A stretch of 57,540 bases of DNA from NCBI GenBank assembly GCA_011042305.1, contig DQXI01000214.1, forward strand, positions 1 to 57,540, read 5' to 3'. The position numbers were made by a program, and so were the translations under genes. The notes under the pieces are model-generated. The model had not been told where the DNA came from and ran no database searches. It was given only the letters and a program-made list of their open reading frames with translations. Positions 9,732 to 20,185 of the stretch are shown here, one piece after another; within the stretch, counting starts at the first letter, position 1, and each line of letters opens with the position of its first letter. This DNA comes from Desulfobacteraceae bacterium (GTDB lineage: Bacteria; Desulfobacterota; Desulfobacteria; Desulfobacterales; UBA2174).

Positions 9732-10553
9732 TCACGCCCAGATCAGGGCCAGGAGGCCCACCAGGGCGCAGTAGGGCGCAAAGAGATGGAGCCGGCCCCG
9801 GCGCACGATGTACACCAGCATCCACAGGGCCGCGTAGCCCACCAGGGCCGAAGCACCGGTTCCCAGGGCCACGATGGCCAGCGGCGGACCGCCGCCGCCG
9901 GCCAACTCGCCGGCGCCGATCAGGGCCGCGCCGCAGATGGCCGGAATCGACAGCAAGAAAGAGAAGCGCGCCGCCGTGTCGCGGCTCAACCCCAGGATCA
10001 GTCCCAGGGCGATGGTGGCCCCGGAGCGGGAAATGCCGGGAATGATGGCCAGCCCCTGGATCACCCCGATGGCCAGGGCTGCCGCCAGGGAAAAGTCGGC
10101 CATGGTGTGCCGGCGCACCGTGGCCCGGCGCGTGGCCAGCAGCAGCAGGCAGGTAACCATCAAGGCGAGACCCACCAACGCCACCGAGCCGAAGAGCCGG
10201 TCGGCGATTTCGTGAAACCCCAGGCCGATGGCCGCCGTGGGCACCGAGGCGGCGGCGATGAGCCAGGCGAGCCGCAAGTCACCGTCTGTGGTGATGGCCG
10301 ACCCGGCGGCCTGGCCGTGGGCCAGGCGCTTCAAAAAACCCCACAACGCGGCGACGATGGCCCCGATGTCCCTTCGAAAGAATACAACCACGGCGGCCAG
10401 CGTCCCCACATGGACGCTGATGTCGAAGGCCAGCTCCGGCTCCCGCAGGCCGAACCAGTGTTGCAACAGGACCAGATGCCCCGAACTGCTCACCGGCAAA
10501 AACTCGGTCAAGCCCTGGACAATGCCCAGGGCAATCGCCTGAAACGGTTCCAT
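9732..10553 (-). CDS. uppP: undecaprenyl-diphosphate phosphatase
   Basis: 273-aa polytopic membrane protein with LTEFLPVSSSGHL and PGISRSGATI signature blocks. Confidence 0.93.
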   Translation of the reverse strand: MEPFQAIALGIVQGLTEFLPVSSSGHLVLLQHWFGLREPELAFDISVHVGTLAAVVVFFRRDIGAIVAALWGFLKRLAHGQAAGSAITTDGDLRLAWLIAAASVPTAAIGLGFHEIADRLFGSVALVGLALMVTCLLLLATRRATVRRHTMADFSLAAALAIGVIQGLAIIPGISRSGATIALGLILGLSRDTAARFSFLLSIPAICGAALIGAGELAGGGGPPLAIVALGTGASALVGYAALWMLVYIVRRGRLHLFAPYCALVGLLALIWA

Positions 10554-10731
10554 ATCCCTCCTTGGTTAATCCCAATCCCGCAAACCGATACTTTGACGCC
10601 CCGGTGATCATCCGCGCTCCCCGTCTTGACACTCTAGGGAAAAATGCCGTAAGCCAAGCATCCTGATCAAAGCTTCAAAAGATCCGCAGCCGCTCCCCGA
10701 CCCTTTCGGACCATGACACGGAGGCCCACCG

Positions 10732-11547
10732 ATGATCATTGACACTCATTCCCAACTGTTTACCGCCGAGGCTATCGAAAGCTTCCCCGAGGAGATGGCC
10801 CGCAGCTACCAAGCCATGTTCCGGAACATGGCCCTGCCCACCATCGAGGACACCATCGCCGACATGGATGCCGCCGGGGTGGACCGGACCGTGATCGTAG
10901 GCATCGATGCCGAGACCACCCATCGCTACAAGGTGTCCAACGACTTGGTGGCCCAAACCGTGGCCCGCTTTCCCGACCGGCTCATCGGCTTTGCCGGGGC
11001 CGACCCGCACAAGGGCCGGCTCGCCTGCGACGAGCTGGCCCGGGCCGTCAACGAACTGGGCTTGCGGGGGCTGAAACTGCTGCCGCACCTGGCCGACATC
11101 GCCCCGGATGACCGGCGCATGTACCCGCTCTACGAAACGGCGCGGGGCCTAAAAATCCCCGTCCTGTTTCACAGCGGCACCCAATTTCACGCCGGCACCA
11201 AAATCCGCTTCTGCCGGCCGCTCTACCTGGACACAGTGGCGGTGGATTTTCCCGATCTTCAGATCGTGATGGCCCACTTCGGCTACCCCTGGTTCCACGA
11301 GGGGCTGGCCGTGGTGCTGCGCAACCCCAACGTCTGGTTCAACATCGCCGGCTGGGCCCCCAAGCGCATCCCCGAAGAGGTGATCCGCCAGATCAACGGC
11401 CCGTTACGCTACAAGGCCCTGTTCGGCAGCGACTACCCCCTGCTCAAACGCACCCGCATCGTGGCCGAGCTGGACCAGCTCCCCTTCAAGGAAGGGGTGC
11501 GCCAGCTGCTGACGAGCGACAACCCCAAGCGGCTGCTGGGCCTGTAA
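10732..11547 (+). CDS. amidohydrolase-family (TIM-barrel metal-dependent hydrolase) protein
   Basis: MIIDTHSQLF N-terminus, HFGYPW and GSDYP blocks typical of the amidohydrolase_2 type. Substrate is unknown. Confidence 0.75.
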   Translation: MIIDTHSQLFTAEAIESFPEEMARSYQAMFRNMALPTIEDTIADMDAAGVDRTVIVGIDAETTHRYKVSNDLVAQTVARFPDRLIGFAGADPHKGRLACDELARAVNELGLRGLKLLPHLADIAPDDRRMYPLYETARGLKIPVLFHSGTQFHAGTKIRFCRPLYLDTVAVDFPDLQIVMAHFGYPWFHEGLAVVLRNPNVWFNIAGWAPKRIPEEVIRQINGPLRYKALFGSDYPLLKRTRIVAELDQLPFKEGVRQLLTSDNPKRLLGL

Positions 11548-11565
11548 CGCAATTTTCGGGCTTCC

Positions 11566-12324
11566 CTATCGCGGCTTGGCGGTGCGGTTCGAATCCCCGC
11601 TCAGGGCGACAGAGATCTGCTCCACGATCGCCTCGGCGGCCTGAAGCGGATCGGCCGCATCACGGATGGGCCGGCCGACCACCAGGTGGTCTGCCCCCGC
11701 CGCCACCGCCGCCGCCGGCGTCATCACCCGCCGCTGATCGTCGCCGGCCACCTCCCCGGCCGCCGGGCGGATGCCCGGCACCACGGCCAGCAGGCGGTCG
11801 TCAAAGCGCTGCTTGAGCATCTCCAGTTCGTGACCGGCGCACACCACCCCGGCGCAGCCGGCATCGGCGGCCATGGCCGCGCGCCGCAGAACCAGGTGGC
11901 CGGGATCCTCGGCCAGCTCGGGGCGCAGGCCGGCGGCCTTCAGCTCGGCCGGTGCGACGCTGGTCAGGACAGTCACCCCGAGCACTTTCACCCGCCCCCC
12001 GGCGCCCTCCACCGCCGCCTCGAGCATGGCCGGGGATTCGCCGCAGTGCACAGTGACGAAATCCACCTCCAGGGCCGCGGCGGCCGCCATGGCCCGCCGT
12101 ACGGTGGCCGGGATGTCGTGGAGCTTGAGATCCAGGAAAATCCGCGCCCCGCCGCGGCGGCGCACCAGGTCCGCCACCGCCGGCCCCTCGCGCACGAAGA
12201 GCTCCAGGCCGATCTTGAACATTCCCACCGCCCCCGCCAGCCGCTCCACCAACGGCTCGGCCGCCGCCGCGCTCGGCACATCCAGGGCAAAGACGAGATA
12301 ATCCTTGGCTGCGCGTCGGATCAT
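11566..12324 (-). CDS. pyrF: orotidine 5'-phosphate decarboxylase
   Basis: [13 protein letters not shown] and DLKLHDIP motifs. The start is placed at ATG 12322-12324, which forms an ATGA overlap with the rfbB stop. The longer ORF to 12414 adds a non-homologous extension. Confidence 0.9.
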   Translation of the reverse strand: MIRRAAKDYLVFALDVPSAAAAEPLVERLAGAVGMFKIGLELFVREGPAVADLVRRRGGARIFLDLKLHDIPATVRRAMAAAAALEVDFVTVHCGESPAMLEAAVEGAGGRVKVLGVTVLTSVAPAELKAAGLRPELAEDPGHLVLRRAAMAADAGCAGVVCAGHELEMLKQRFDDRLLAVVPGIRPAAGEVAGDDQRRVMTPAAAVAAGADHLVVGRPIRDAADPLQAAEAIVEQISVALSGDSNRTAKPR

Positions 12325-13409
12325 AGCGTCCTCCTCCCGGCGTCGGCCTGCCGTCCGTATTGCTGGTCGATCCACTGCCGGTAGGTCCCGCTGCGCACCC
12401 GCCGGGTCCACCATGAGTTAGCCAGGTACCAGTCGATGGTTTGCGCCAACCCCTCCTCGAAAGTCACCGCCGGGCACCAGCCGATTTCCCTTTCGATCTT
12501 GGTGCAGTCGATGGCGTAGCGCCGGTCGTGCCCCGGCCGGTCCGCGACAAAGGTGATAAGGCGGCGGCGCGGCGCCTCGAGGGCCGGGCAGCGCTGGTCG
12601 ACGAGGTCGCAGAGGGTTTTCACCACCTGCAGGTTGCTGCGCTCGCTGCGGCCGCCGATGTTGTAGGTCTCGCCGATGCGGCCGGAGCGCATTACCGCCC
12701 AGATGGCCCGGCAGTGGTCCCCGACGAAGAGCCAGTCGCGCACGTTGCCCCCGTCGCCGTAGACCGGCAGCGGTTTACCGTCGACGGCGTTGAGAATCAT
12801 CAGGGGGATCAGCTTTTCGGGAAACTGGTACGGCCCGTAGTTGTTGGAGCAGTTGGACACCGTCACCGGCAGCCCGTAGGTGCGCCCATAGGCGCGCACT
12901 AGGTGGTCCGAGGCCGCCTTGGAGGCCGAGTAGGGGCTGGACGGATCGTAGGGGGTGCTCTCGGTGAAGTAGCCCTCGGCCCCCAGGGAGCCGAACACCT
13001 CGTCGGTGCTCACGTGGTGGAACAGCACCAAGCGCTTCTGTCGGCGGGCCGCCTCCAGCAGGGTGAAGGTGCCGTTGACGTTGGTGCGCACGAAGGCGTC
13101 CGGTCCCACGATGCTCCGGTCCACGTGGGACTCGGCGGCGAAGTGGCACACGGCGTCCACCTCCCAGCGGGCAAAGGCGTCTTCCACCGCCGCGGCGTCA
13201 CAGATATCCGCCCGCACGAAGCGGTAGCGCTCACCGAAGCGCTCGGGCAGGCCGGCGAGGTTTTCCGGGTTGCCGGCGTAGGTGAGCTTGTCCATGTTGA
13301 CCACCCGCCCCGCGTACCCGGCGTCTTGCAGCAGGTAGCGGACGAAGTTGGCCCCGATGAAACCGCAACCCCCGGTGACCAGTATCGATTCAAAACGTCG
13401 TTCGGACAT
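12321..13409 (-). CDS. rfbB: dTDP-glucose 4,6-dehydratase
   Basis: [15 protein letters not shown] fold, catalytic [10 protein letters not shown], 362 aa. Confidence 0.93.
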   Translation of the reverse strand: MSERRFESILVTGGCGFIGANFVRYLLQDAGYAGRVVNMDKLTYAGNPENLAGLPERFGERYRFVRADICDAAAVEDAFARWEVDAVCHFAAESHVDRSIVGPDAFVRTNVNGTFTLLEAARRQKRLVLFHHVSTDEVFGSLGAEGYFTESTPYDPSSPYSASKAASDHLVRAYGRTYGLPVTVSNCSNNYGPYQFPEKLIPLMILNAVDGKPLPVYGDGGNVRDWLFVGDHCRAIWAVMRSGRIGETYNIGGRSERSNLQVVKTLCDLVDQRCPALEAPRRRLITFVADRPGHDRRYAIDCTKIEREIGWCPAVTFEEGLAQTIDWYLANSWWTRRVRSGTYRQWIDQQYGRQADAGRRTL

Positions 13410-13597
13410 GGCGGCCTTTCCTGCAGATCACAGCAACTAGTGTCTCAAAAAGTAATGAGCATAGACGAAATCGGATTCAAAATCCACGCCTCAATCCGCA
13501 TCCCGCCTCGGCCGACCCTTGACGCCCGGGGCGCAGGGTGAGTATGTAAAACGACTCATTCAATCTGGAGCTTTTTCCGGGCGCCAGAAAGGACCCC

Positions 13598-15148
13598 ATG
13601 AAACTTTCCGACCTGCCCGAACACTGGGACCTGATCGTCGTCGGCGGCGGCATCACCGGTGCCGCGGTGCTCCTGGAGGCGGCCCGCCGCGGCTTGAGCA
13701 CCCTGCTGCTCGAGGCCCGGGACTATGCCTGGGGCACCTCCAGCCGCAGTTCCAAGCTGGTTCACGGCGGTCTGCGCTACCTGCGCCAGGGGCGTTTCGC
13801 TCTGACGCGCACCGCGGTTCGCTCGCGGGAGACCCTGCTGGCCAAATTGCCGGGCTTGGTAGATCCCCTGGCCTTTTACGTACCGTTGTACCGCGGCCGC
13901 CCTCCGGGACGCACCTCGCTGCGCATCGGGCTGAATATCTACGATATCATCGCCGGCCGAAGGACCCATCGCTACCTGCGCCGTGGAGAATTCGTGGACA
14001 CGTTCCCCGGGCTCAGGGCCGAGCGCCTCGTGGGGGCCTACCGTTTCGAGGATGCCCAGACCGACGATGCCCGGCTGGTGCTGCGCCTCATCCAGGCTGC
14101 CGGCGCCTTCGGCGGCACGGCCCTCAACTACACCCGGGCAGAAAAACTGGAGCGCAACCGCGCGGGGCGCATCGCGGCCGTGACTGCCCGCGACCTGGAA
14201 GACGGCACCGAGCGGGTTCTTGGCGCCGGGGCGGTGATCAACGCCACCGGCGTGCTGGCCGGGCAGTTCGGCCCCCTGCCGCAGACCAAACTGCACCTGC
14301 GTCCCCTGCGCGGCAGCCACCTCGTCGTCTCGGCCCAGACCCTGCCCCTGGCGGCAGCGGTCAGCTTCGCCCATCCCGAAGACGACCGCGGCGTATTCGC
14401 CCTGCCTTGGGAAAACGCGGTGCTGGTGGGCACCACCGACCTGGACCACCTCCAGGCCCTCGACGCCGAACCGCGGGCGGAGAACGCCGAAATCGCCTAC
14501 CTGCTCGAAGCGATCAACCACATCGCCCCGGGCAGGCCAATCGGTGTCGACGATGTCCTCAGCATCCAGGCCGGGGTCCGGCCGGTGGTGGGCCGCGGCG
14601 ACCGCCCGCCTTCGGATGAATCGCGCGAACACGTGGTCTGGGCCGAAAATGGGCTGGTGACGGTCACCGGGGGCAAGCTGACCACCTTCCGGCGCCTGGC
14701 CCACGACGCCTTGGCTGCCGCCGCCCCGTGGCTGCCCCAAGCCCCGCGGCGCCGGTCGGTCTGGACGGCACTGGCACCGGGCCGCATCGACGGGCATCAG
14801 GCCCAGGGCCTCGCGCCGGCAGCGCTGCGGCGCCTAGTCGGCCGCTACGGCCCGGCGGCCGGCGATATCATCGCCGACGCGGCCCCGGAAGACCTGGCGC
14901 CGGTGGGATCAAGCCCAACCCTCTGGGCCGAGCTGGCCCATGCCGCCCGCAGGGAGCAGGTGCATCATCTGGTCGACCTCATGTTGCGCCGGGTGCGCCT
15001 GGGGCTGCTGCTGCCCGAGGGCGGGCGGGAATTTCTGCCCTGCATCCGCCGGATCTGCCAACCGGCGCTCGGCTGGAACGACCAGCGCTGGCAAGCGGAA
15101 GAGACGGCCTACCTGGCCTACTGGCGGCAGTACTGCCGGCCGCAATGA
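13598..15148 (+). CDS. glpD: FAD-dependent glycerol-3-phosphate dehydrogenase/oxidase
   Basis: DLIVVGGGITGAAV dinucleotide fold and the SSRSSKLVHGGLRYL signature, 516 aa. Confidence 0.85.
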   Translation: MKLSDLPEHWDLIVVGGGITGAAVLLEAARRGLSTLLLEARDYAWGTSSRSSKLVHGGLRYLRQGRFALTRTAVRSRETLLAKLPGLVDPLAFYVPLYRGRPPGRTSLRIGLNIYDIIAGRRTHRYLRRGEFVDTFPGLRAERLVGAYRFEDAQTDDARLVLRLIQAAGAFGGTALNYTRAEKLERNRAGRIAAVTARDLEDGTERVLGAGAVINATGVLAGQFGPLPQTKLHLRPLRGSHLVVSAQTLPLAAAVSFAHPEDDRGVFALPWENAVLVGTTDLDHLQALDAEPRAENAEIAYLLEAINHIAPGRPIGVDDVLSIQAGVRPVVGRGDRPPSDESREHVVWAENGLVTVTGGKLTTFRRLAHDALAAAAPWLPQAPRRRSVWTALAPGRIDGHQAQGLAPAALRRLVGRYGPAAGDIIADAAPEDLAPVGSSPTLWAELAHAARREQVHHLVDLMLRRVRLGLLLPEGGREFLPCIRRICQPALGWNDQRWQAEETAYLAYWRQYCRPQ

Positions 15149-15247
15149 GGTTCCGAAGCCTTGGCCCACCTTGGATCGGTCGTCATTTTGCGGATTCATT
15201 GTTTTTTTCACTCTCGGCTCACCGCTCTTCGGTAAAGGCTTGGAAAC

Positions 15248-16948
15248 ATGTCTGCCTCAACTGACTTCGTCCCCCCATGGAGGGACAGCCCACCCCGCCC
15301 GGGCAGCTATCGGGCGATCTTCAAATGGGGCGCTCCCAACGGCTTCAAGCACCCCAACCCCCGTCTCTACCGGCTGCTCAAGACGCGCCTGGGAATGGCA
15401 GACCAGGATTTCTCCCGGCCCCGCGACACCGGCGACGCGCCGGTGCGCTGCGCCTCGCCCTGCGGCCTGAACGCCGACCAGGTTGAGGCCCTGGCGCGGA
15501 TCGTGGGGGAGGCCAACATCGCCGACGACGACTTCAGCCGGGTGCGCTACGGCACCGGCCAGAGCCTGGAAGAGGCCATTCGCCTGCGCCGGCAGGATCC
15601 CGGCCCGGCCCCGGACCTGGTGGTCCACCCCCGGCACGCCGACGACGTGCGGGCCGTGGTGGCCTTCTGCCACCAGCAGCGCATCCCGCTTCGTGTCTAT
15701 GGCGGCGGCAGCTCGGTGACCCTGGGGCTTCAGGCTGTCGGCGGCGGGGTAACCCTGGCCATGGCCACCCACATGCACCGGATCCTGGCCTTCAACGAAA
15801 CCAACCGGACCGTAACGGTCGAGCCGGGCATCCTCGGTCCGGATTACGAGCGGGCCTTGAACGAAGCCCCGGCCCGTTTCGGCGCCGGCGGCCGCTACAC
15901 CGGGGGCCATTTTCCCCAGAGTTTCGAGTATTCCACCGTGGGCGGTTGGATCGCGGCCCTGGGCGCGGGCCAGCAGTCCTCCTACTACGGGAATATTGCC
16001 GACCTGGTGGTCAGCCAGCACTACGTCACCCCGGCCGGCGAGATTCGCACCCTGCCCTACCCGGCCGCAGCCACCGGCCCCAAGGTTAACGACATGCTCA
16101 AGGGCAGCGAAGGCTGTTTCGGCGTCATGGTGGCCGCCACCCTCAAGATCTTCCGCCATCAGCCCGAGAATCGGCGCCGCTTCAGTTTCCTGTTTCCTTC
16201 CTGGTCCCGGGCAGTGGCCGCGGCCCGGGCCATCGCCCAGGGCGAGTTCGGCCTCCCTTCGGTGCTGCGCATTTCCGACGCGGAGGAGACCGACGTGGCG
16301 CTCAAGCTCTACGGCATCGACCATCCCTGGCTCGACCGGCTGCTCGCCCGGCGCGGCCTTGTCGCCGGCCGCCGCTGCCTGATGCTCGGCCAGGCCGACG
16401 GCCAGCGCGACTTCGCCGCCAACATCCGACGCCAGGCCCGGCGCATCGCCCGCCGCTGGGGCGGTTTTTCCCTCACCGGCTACCCCGTGTCGCGCTGGGC
16501 CCACGGCCGGTTCACCGATCCTTATCTGCGCGAAGACCTCGCGGATTTCGGCATCGCCATCGACACCCTGGAAACCGCCGTTCCCTGGGACCGGCTCGAG
16601 CGGGTCTATCGGCAGGTGCGCAGCTATATCAAGCAGCGGCCCGAAACCATCTGCATGACCCACGCCTCCCACTTCTACCCTCAGGGGACCAACCTTTATT
16701 TCATCTTCATCACCCGCCCGACGGACCTGGCGGATTTTACCGCCTTTCACCGGGGCATCGTCGCCCGCATCGCCGCCGCCGGCGGCAGCCTGAGCCACCA
16801 CCACGGCGTCGGCCGCCTCATGGCGCCCTGGATGGAAACCCATCTGGGAACGGAACAGATGGCGGTGCTGCGGGCCCTCAAGCGCCACTTCGACCCCCAC
16901 GGGATCATGAATCCCGGGGGAACGCTGGGACTGGATGAGAAGAAGTGA
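15248..16948 (+). CDS. FAD-linked oxidase, alkyldihydroxyacetonephosphate-synthase-like
   Basis: PCMH-type FAD domain (VVHPRHADDVRAVVAFCHQQRIPLRVYGGGSSV). There is an N-terminal extension (FKWGAPNGFKHPNP) and a C-terminal SHHHGVGRL block, which resembles the AGPS HHHGVGK motif rather than the GlcD EHG(I/V)G. Confidence 0.7.
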   Translation: MSASTDFVPPWRDSPPRPGSYRAIFKWGAPNGFKHPNPRLYRLLKTRLGMADQDFSRPRDTGDAPVRCASPCGLNADQVEALARIVGEANIADDDFSRVRYGTGQSLEEAIRLRRQDPGPAPDLVVHPRHADDVRAVVAFCHQQRIPLRVYGGGSSVTLGLQAVGGGVTLAMATHMHRILAFNETNRTVTVEPGILGPDYERALNEAPARFGAGGRYTGGHFPQSFEYSTVGGWIAALGAGQQSSYYGNIADLVVSQHYVTPAGEIRTLPYPAAATGPKVNDMLKGSEGCFGVMVAATLKIFRHQPENRRRFSFLFPSWSRAVAAARAIAQGEFGLPSVLRISDAEETDVALKLYGIDHPWLDRLLARRGLVAGRRCLMLGQADGQRDFAANIRRQARRIARRWGGFSLTGYPVSRWAHGRFTDPYLREDLADFGIAIDTLETAVPWDRLERVYRQVRSYIKQRPETICMTHASHFYPQGTNLYFIFITRPTDLADFTAFHRGIVARIAAAGGSLSHHHGVGRLMAPWMETHLGTEQMAVLRALKRHFDPHGIMNPGGTLGLDEKK

Positions 16949-17069
16949 AAGTGGGAAATAAACGCATCGCCTGCGCTTGCACCGTAGCTGTTTGGCTGGC
17001 ATGTCAAACGTGGCCCATGCCTATCCAAGCCAAGTTTCCGGTCTCCAGTTTCCAGTTTCGGGAGACGCC

Positions 17070-18629
17070 ATGAGCGACAAAGACCTTCTGCTGGCTATCG
17101 ACAACGGCACCCAGAGTCTCAAGGCCCTGGTCTTCGATTCCGCCGGCCGCCTGATCGGTCGACGCCAGGTGGTCTTCGAACCGTATGTCAGCCCCCGCCC
17201 CGGCTGGGCCGAGCAGGACCCGGAGGTCTTCTGGCAGGCCTTGTGCACCGCCTGCCAGGGCTTGTGGCAAGACGACCCGTCCCTGCGGCAACGCATTGCC
17301 GGCGTGGCAGTCACCACCCAGCGCAGTACCGTGATCAATCTGGATGGATCCGGCCGGCCGCTACGGCCGGCCATCATCTGGCTCGACCAGCGCCGCGCCT
17401 ACGGCCTGCCGCCGGTGGGCGGCCTCTGGGGGTTGGCGTTCCGTCTCCTGGGCCTCACCGAGACCATCGCCTATTTCCAGGCCGAGGCCGAGGCAAACTG
17501 GATCCGGATGCACCAGCCGGAGGTGTGGACCCGCACTCGCCGTTTCCTGCTGCTTTCCGGTTACCTGAACTGGCGGCTCACGGGCCGCTTCGTCGACTCC
17601 ACCGGCAGCATCGTCGCCTACCTGCCCTTCGACTACAAACGCCTCGCCTGGGCCCCTTCCTGGGACTGGAAATGGCAGGCCATCGGCATTGCGCCGGACC
17701 TGCTGCCCGAACTGGTGCCACCCACGGCGGTGATGGGACAAATCACGGCCGCCGCGGCGGCCGAAACGGGGATCCCGGCCGGCCTGCCGGTAGTGGCCGC
17801 CGCCGCGGACAAGGCCTGCGAGGTAATCGGCTCCGGCAGCCTCGAACCCCACGTGGGTTGCCTAAGCTACGGCACCACGGCCACCATCAACGTCACCAGT
17901 GCCCGCTACGTGGAGCCCGTGCGGCTTCTGCCGCCCTACCCGTCGGCGGCCCCGGGCCACTACAGCCTGGAAGTGATGATCTACCGGGGCTACTGGATGG
18001 TCAGTTGGTTCAAGAAACAATTCGGCCACCTGGAAGCGCAGGCGGCGCAGATGGAAAACCTCGCCGCCGAGGAGCTGTTCGACCGCATGATCGCCGACAT
18101 CCCTCCCGGAACCATGGGGCTAGTGCTCCAGCCCTACTGGTCACCGGGTCTCAAGACCCCCGGCCCCGAGGCCAAGGGGGCAGTGATCGGTTTCGGCGAC
18201 GTGCATACCCGCGCCCACCTGTACCGGGCCATCCTCGAAGGGCTGGCCTACGCCCTGCGCGAGGGCAAGGAACGCATCGAACGACGCACCCGGATTCCCA
18301 TCACCGAGTTGCGGGTATCCGGCGGCGGCAGCCAGAGCCGGCAGGCCATGCAGGCCACCGCCGATATCTTCGGCCTGCCGGCGGCCCGGCCCCATCTCTA
18401 CGATACCTCCGGACTCGGCGCGGCCATCGACCTAGCCGTGGGCCTGGAGTGGCACCCGGACATCCGGCAGGCCGTGGCCGCCATGACCCGCATCCGGGAA
18501 GTCTTCGCGCCGGACCCCGAGCGCCACGCCCGCTACGACGCCCTCTACCGCCGGGTCTACCTGAAGCTGTACCGCCGCCTGAAGCCCCTCTACAAGGAAA
18601 TCCGCGACATCACGGGATACCCGGGCTGA
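17070..18629 (+). CDS. FGGY-family carbohydrate/polyol kinase
   Basis: [17 protein letters not shown] phosphate-1 motif and C-terminal [22 protein letters not shown]. Start at ATG 17070, preceded by GGGAGA. Confidence 0.85.
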   Translation: MSDKDLLLAIDNGTQSLKALVFDSAGRLIGRRQVVFEPYVSPRPGWAEQDPEVFWQALCTACQGLWQDDPSLRQRIAGVAVTTQRSTVINLDGSGRPLRPAIIWLDQRRAYGLPPVGGLWGLAFRLLGLTETIAYFQAEAEANWIRMHQPEVWTRTRRFLLLSGYLNWRLTGRFVDSTGSIVAYLPFDYKRLAWAPSWDWKWQAIGIAPDLLPELVPPTAVMGQITAAAAAETGIPAGLPVVAAAADKACEVIGSGSLEPHVGCLSYGTTATINVTSARYVEPVRLLPPYPSAAPGHYSLEVMIYRGYWMVSWFKKQFGHLEAQAAQMENLAAEELFDRMIADIPPGTMGLVLQPYWSPGLKTPGPEAKGAVIGFGDVHTRAHLYRAILEGLAYALREGKERIERRTRIPITELRVSGGGSQSRQAMQATADIFGLPAARPHLYDTSGLGAAIDLAVGLEWHPDIRQAVAAMTRIREVFAPDPERHARYDALYRRVYLKLYRRLKPLYKEIRDITGYPG

Positions 18630-18742
18630 TCCCGGCGCCGGCGGACAAAGCGGTTGCCAGAATGCAGAATCAGGTGGTATGCATTTTAAGTTTGGCAAGG
18701 CGCCTCAGCCCCAAGCGCCGCCAGTGACGACAGGAATAGCCC

Positions 18743-20185
18743 ATGCATCATCCACCTTCAGATGAAGCCGGCAAAGCGCGCCACCATCTTCTGCGCCAGC
18801 TTCCGGCCATCGACCAACTGCTTGTCGCCGCCCGCGCCGACCACCGCCTGGCCGACGCGCCGCCGGCTCTGGTGACCCGCGTGGCGCGCCAGACCGTGGC
18901 CGACCTGAGGGCCGCCATCACGGCCGGCCGGCCGGTGGATCCCACGGAACTGGGTCTCGAAGCGATCCTGGCGCAAATGAACGCCTCCATCAAGGAAGCC
19001 TTGCGCTACCGTTTGCGCCGGACCGTCAACGCCACCGGCATCGTGGTGCACACCAACCTGGGGCGCAGCCTCCTTGCCGAAGCGGTGGTGGACAATCTCC
19101 GCCACGTGGCCAGCCGCTACTCGAACCTCGAGTACGACTTGACCAGCGGCCGCCGCGGCTTGAGATACACCGCGGTGCATGACATCCTGTGCGAAATCAC
19201 CGGCGCCGAGGCCGCCATGGTGGTCAACAACAACGCCGCGGCGGTGCTCCTGTCCCTGGAAACCCTCGCCGCCGGGCGCGAGGTGATCGTTTCCCGCGGC
19301 GAGCTGGTGGAAATCGGCGGCTCGTTTCGCATCCCGGACGTGATGGCCAAGAGCGGGGCCATCCTCAAAGAGGTGGGCTCCACCAACCGCACCCACCCGC
19401 GCGACTACCTCAACGCCATCGGCCCGCACACCGCCCTGCTGCTCAAGGTGCACACCAGCAACTACGCCATGGTGGGCTTCACCGCCGAAGTGCCCCTGGC
19501 CGAGATGGTGGCCCTGGGCCGTGAGCATGGCATCCCGGTGATGAACGACCTGGGGTCGGGCAATTTCGTGGACCTGTCCGCCTTCGGGCTGCCCGGCGAA
19601 CCCACGGTGCAGCAAACCGTGGCCACCGGGGTCGACCTGGTGACCTTCAGCGGGGACAAACTCCTCGGCGGCCCCCAGGCCGGCATCATCCTGGGACGGG
19701 CCGACACCATCGCCAAGATCCGGCAAAACCCCATCAACCGGGCCCTGCGCATCGACAAGTTGACCCTGGCGGCCCTGGAAGCCACGCTGCGCCTCTACCG
19801 GGATCCCGAACAGGCGGTGGCCCAGATCCCCACCTTGCGCATGCTCACCGCATCCACCGCCCAGCTGGACGCCCGGGCCCACGCCCTGGCCGCCCGGGTC
19901 GAGGCGGCGGCCGTGCCGGGACTCAAGGTGACGGTTTTGGATGCGGCCTCCAAGGCCGGCGGCGGGGCCCTGCCGTTACTCAACCTGGCCACCCGCTGCG
20001 TGGGGCTGCGATCCGAGGCCATGTCCGTGGACGCCCTGGAGCGGCACCTGCGCGCTTTTGACCCGCCCATCATCGGCCGCATTGAGAACGATACCCTCCT
20101 TTTGGACGTGCGCACCCTGGCCGACGACGAACTGCCCTTGATCGCATCGGCGCTGGCCGACCTGACGGAGAGGCAAGACAGATGA
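18743..20185 (+). CDS. selA: L-seryl-tRNA(Sec) selenium transferase
   Basis: 480 aa with the FSGDKLLGGPQAGIILG PLP-lysine block and the characteristic N-terminal LLRQLPAIDQLL region. Confidence 0.93.
   Translation: MHHPPSDEAGKARHHLLRQLPAIDQLLVAARADHRLADAPPALVTRVARQTVADLRAAITAGRPVDPTELGLEAILAQMNASIKEALRYRLRRTVNATGIVVHTNLGRSLLAEAVVDNLRHVASRYSNLEYDLTSGRRGLRYTAVHDILCEITGAEAAMVVNNNAAAVLLSLETLAAGREVIVSRGELVEIGGSFRIPDVMAKSGAILKEVGSTNRTHPRDYLNAIGPHTALLLKVHTSNYAMVGFTAEVPLAEMVALGREHGIPVMNDLGSGNFVDLSAFGLPGEPTVQQTVATGVDLVTFSGDKLLGGPQAGIILGRADTIAKIRQNPINRALRIDKLTLAALEATLRLYRDPEQAVAQIPTLRMLTASTAQLDARAHALAARVEAAAVPGLKVTVLDAASKAGGGALPLLNLATRCVGLRSEAMSVDALERHLRAFDPPIIGRIENDTLLLDVRTLADDELPLIASALADLTERQDR

Noticed and set aside
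17046-17060. Tandem CCAGTTT CCAGTTT upstream of the FGGY kinase gene.
   Set aside because: It is only two copies of a 7-mer, which is compatible with chance, and it shows no palindromic or promoter-like context.
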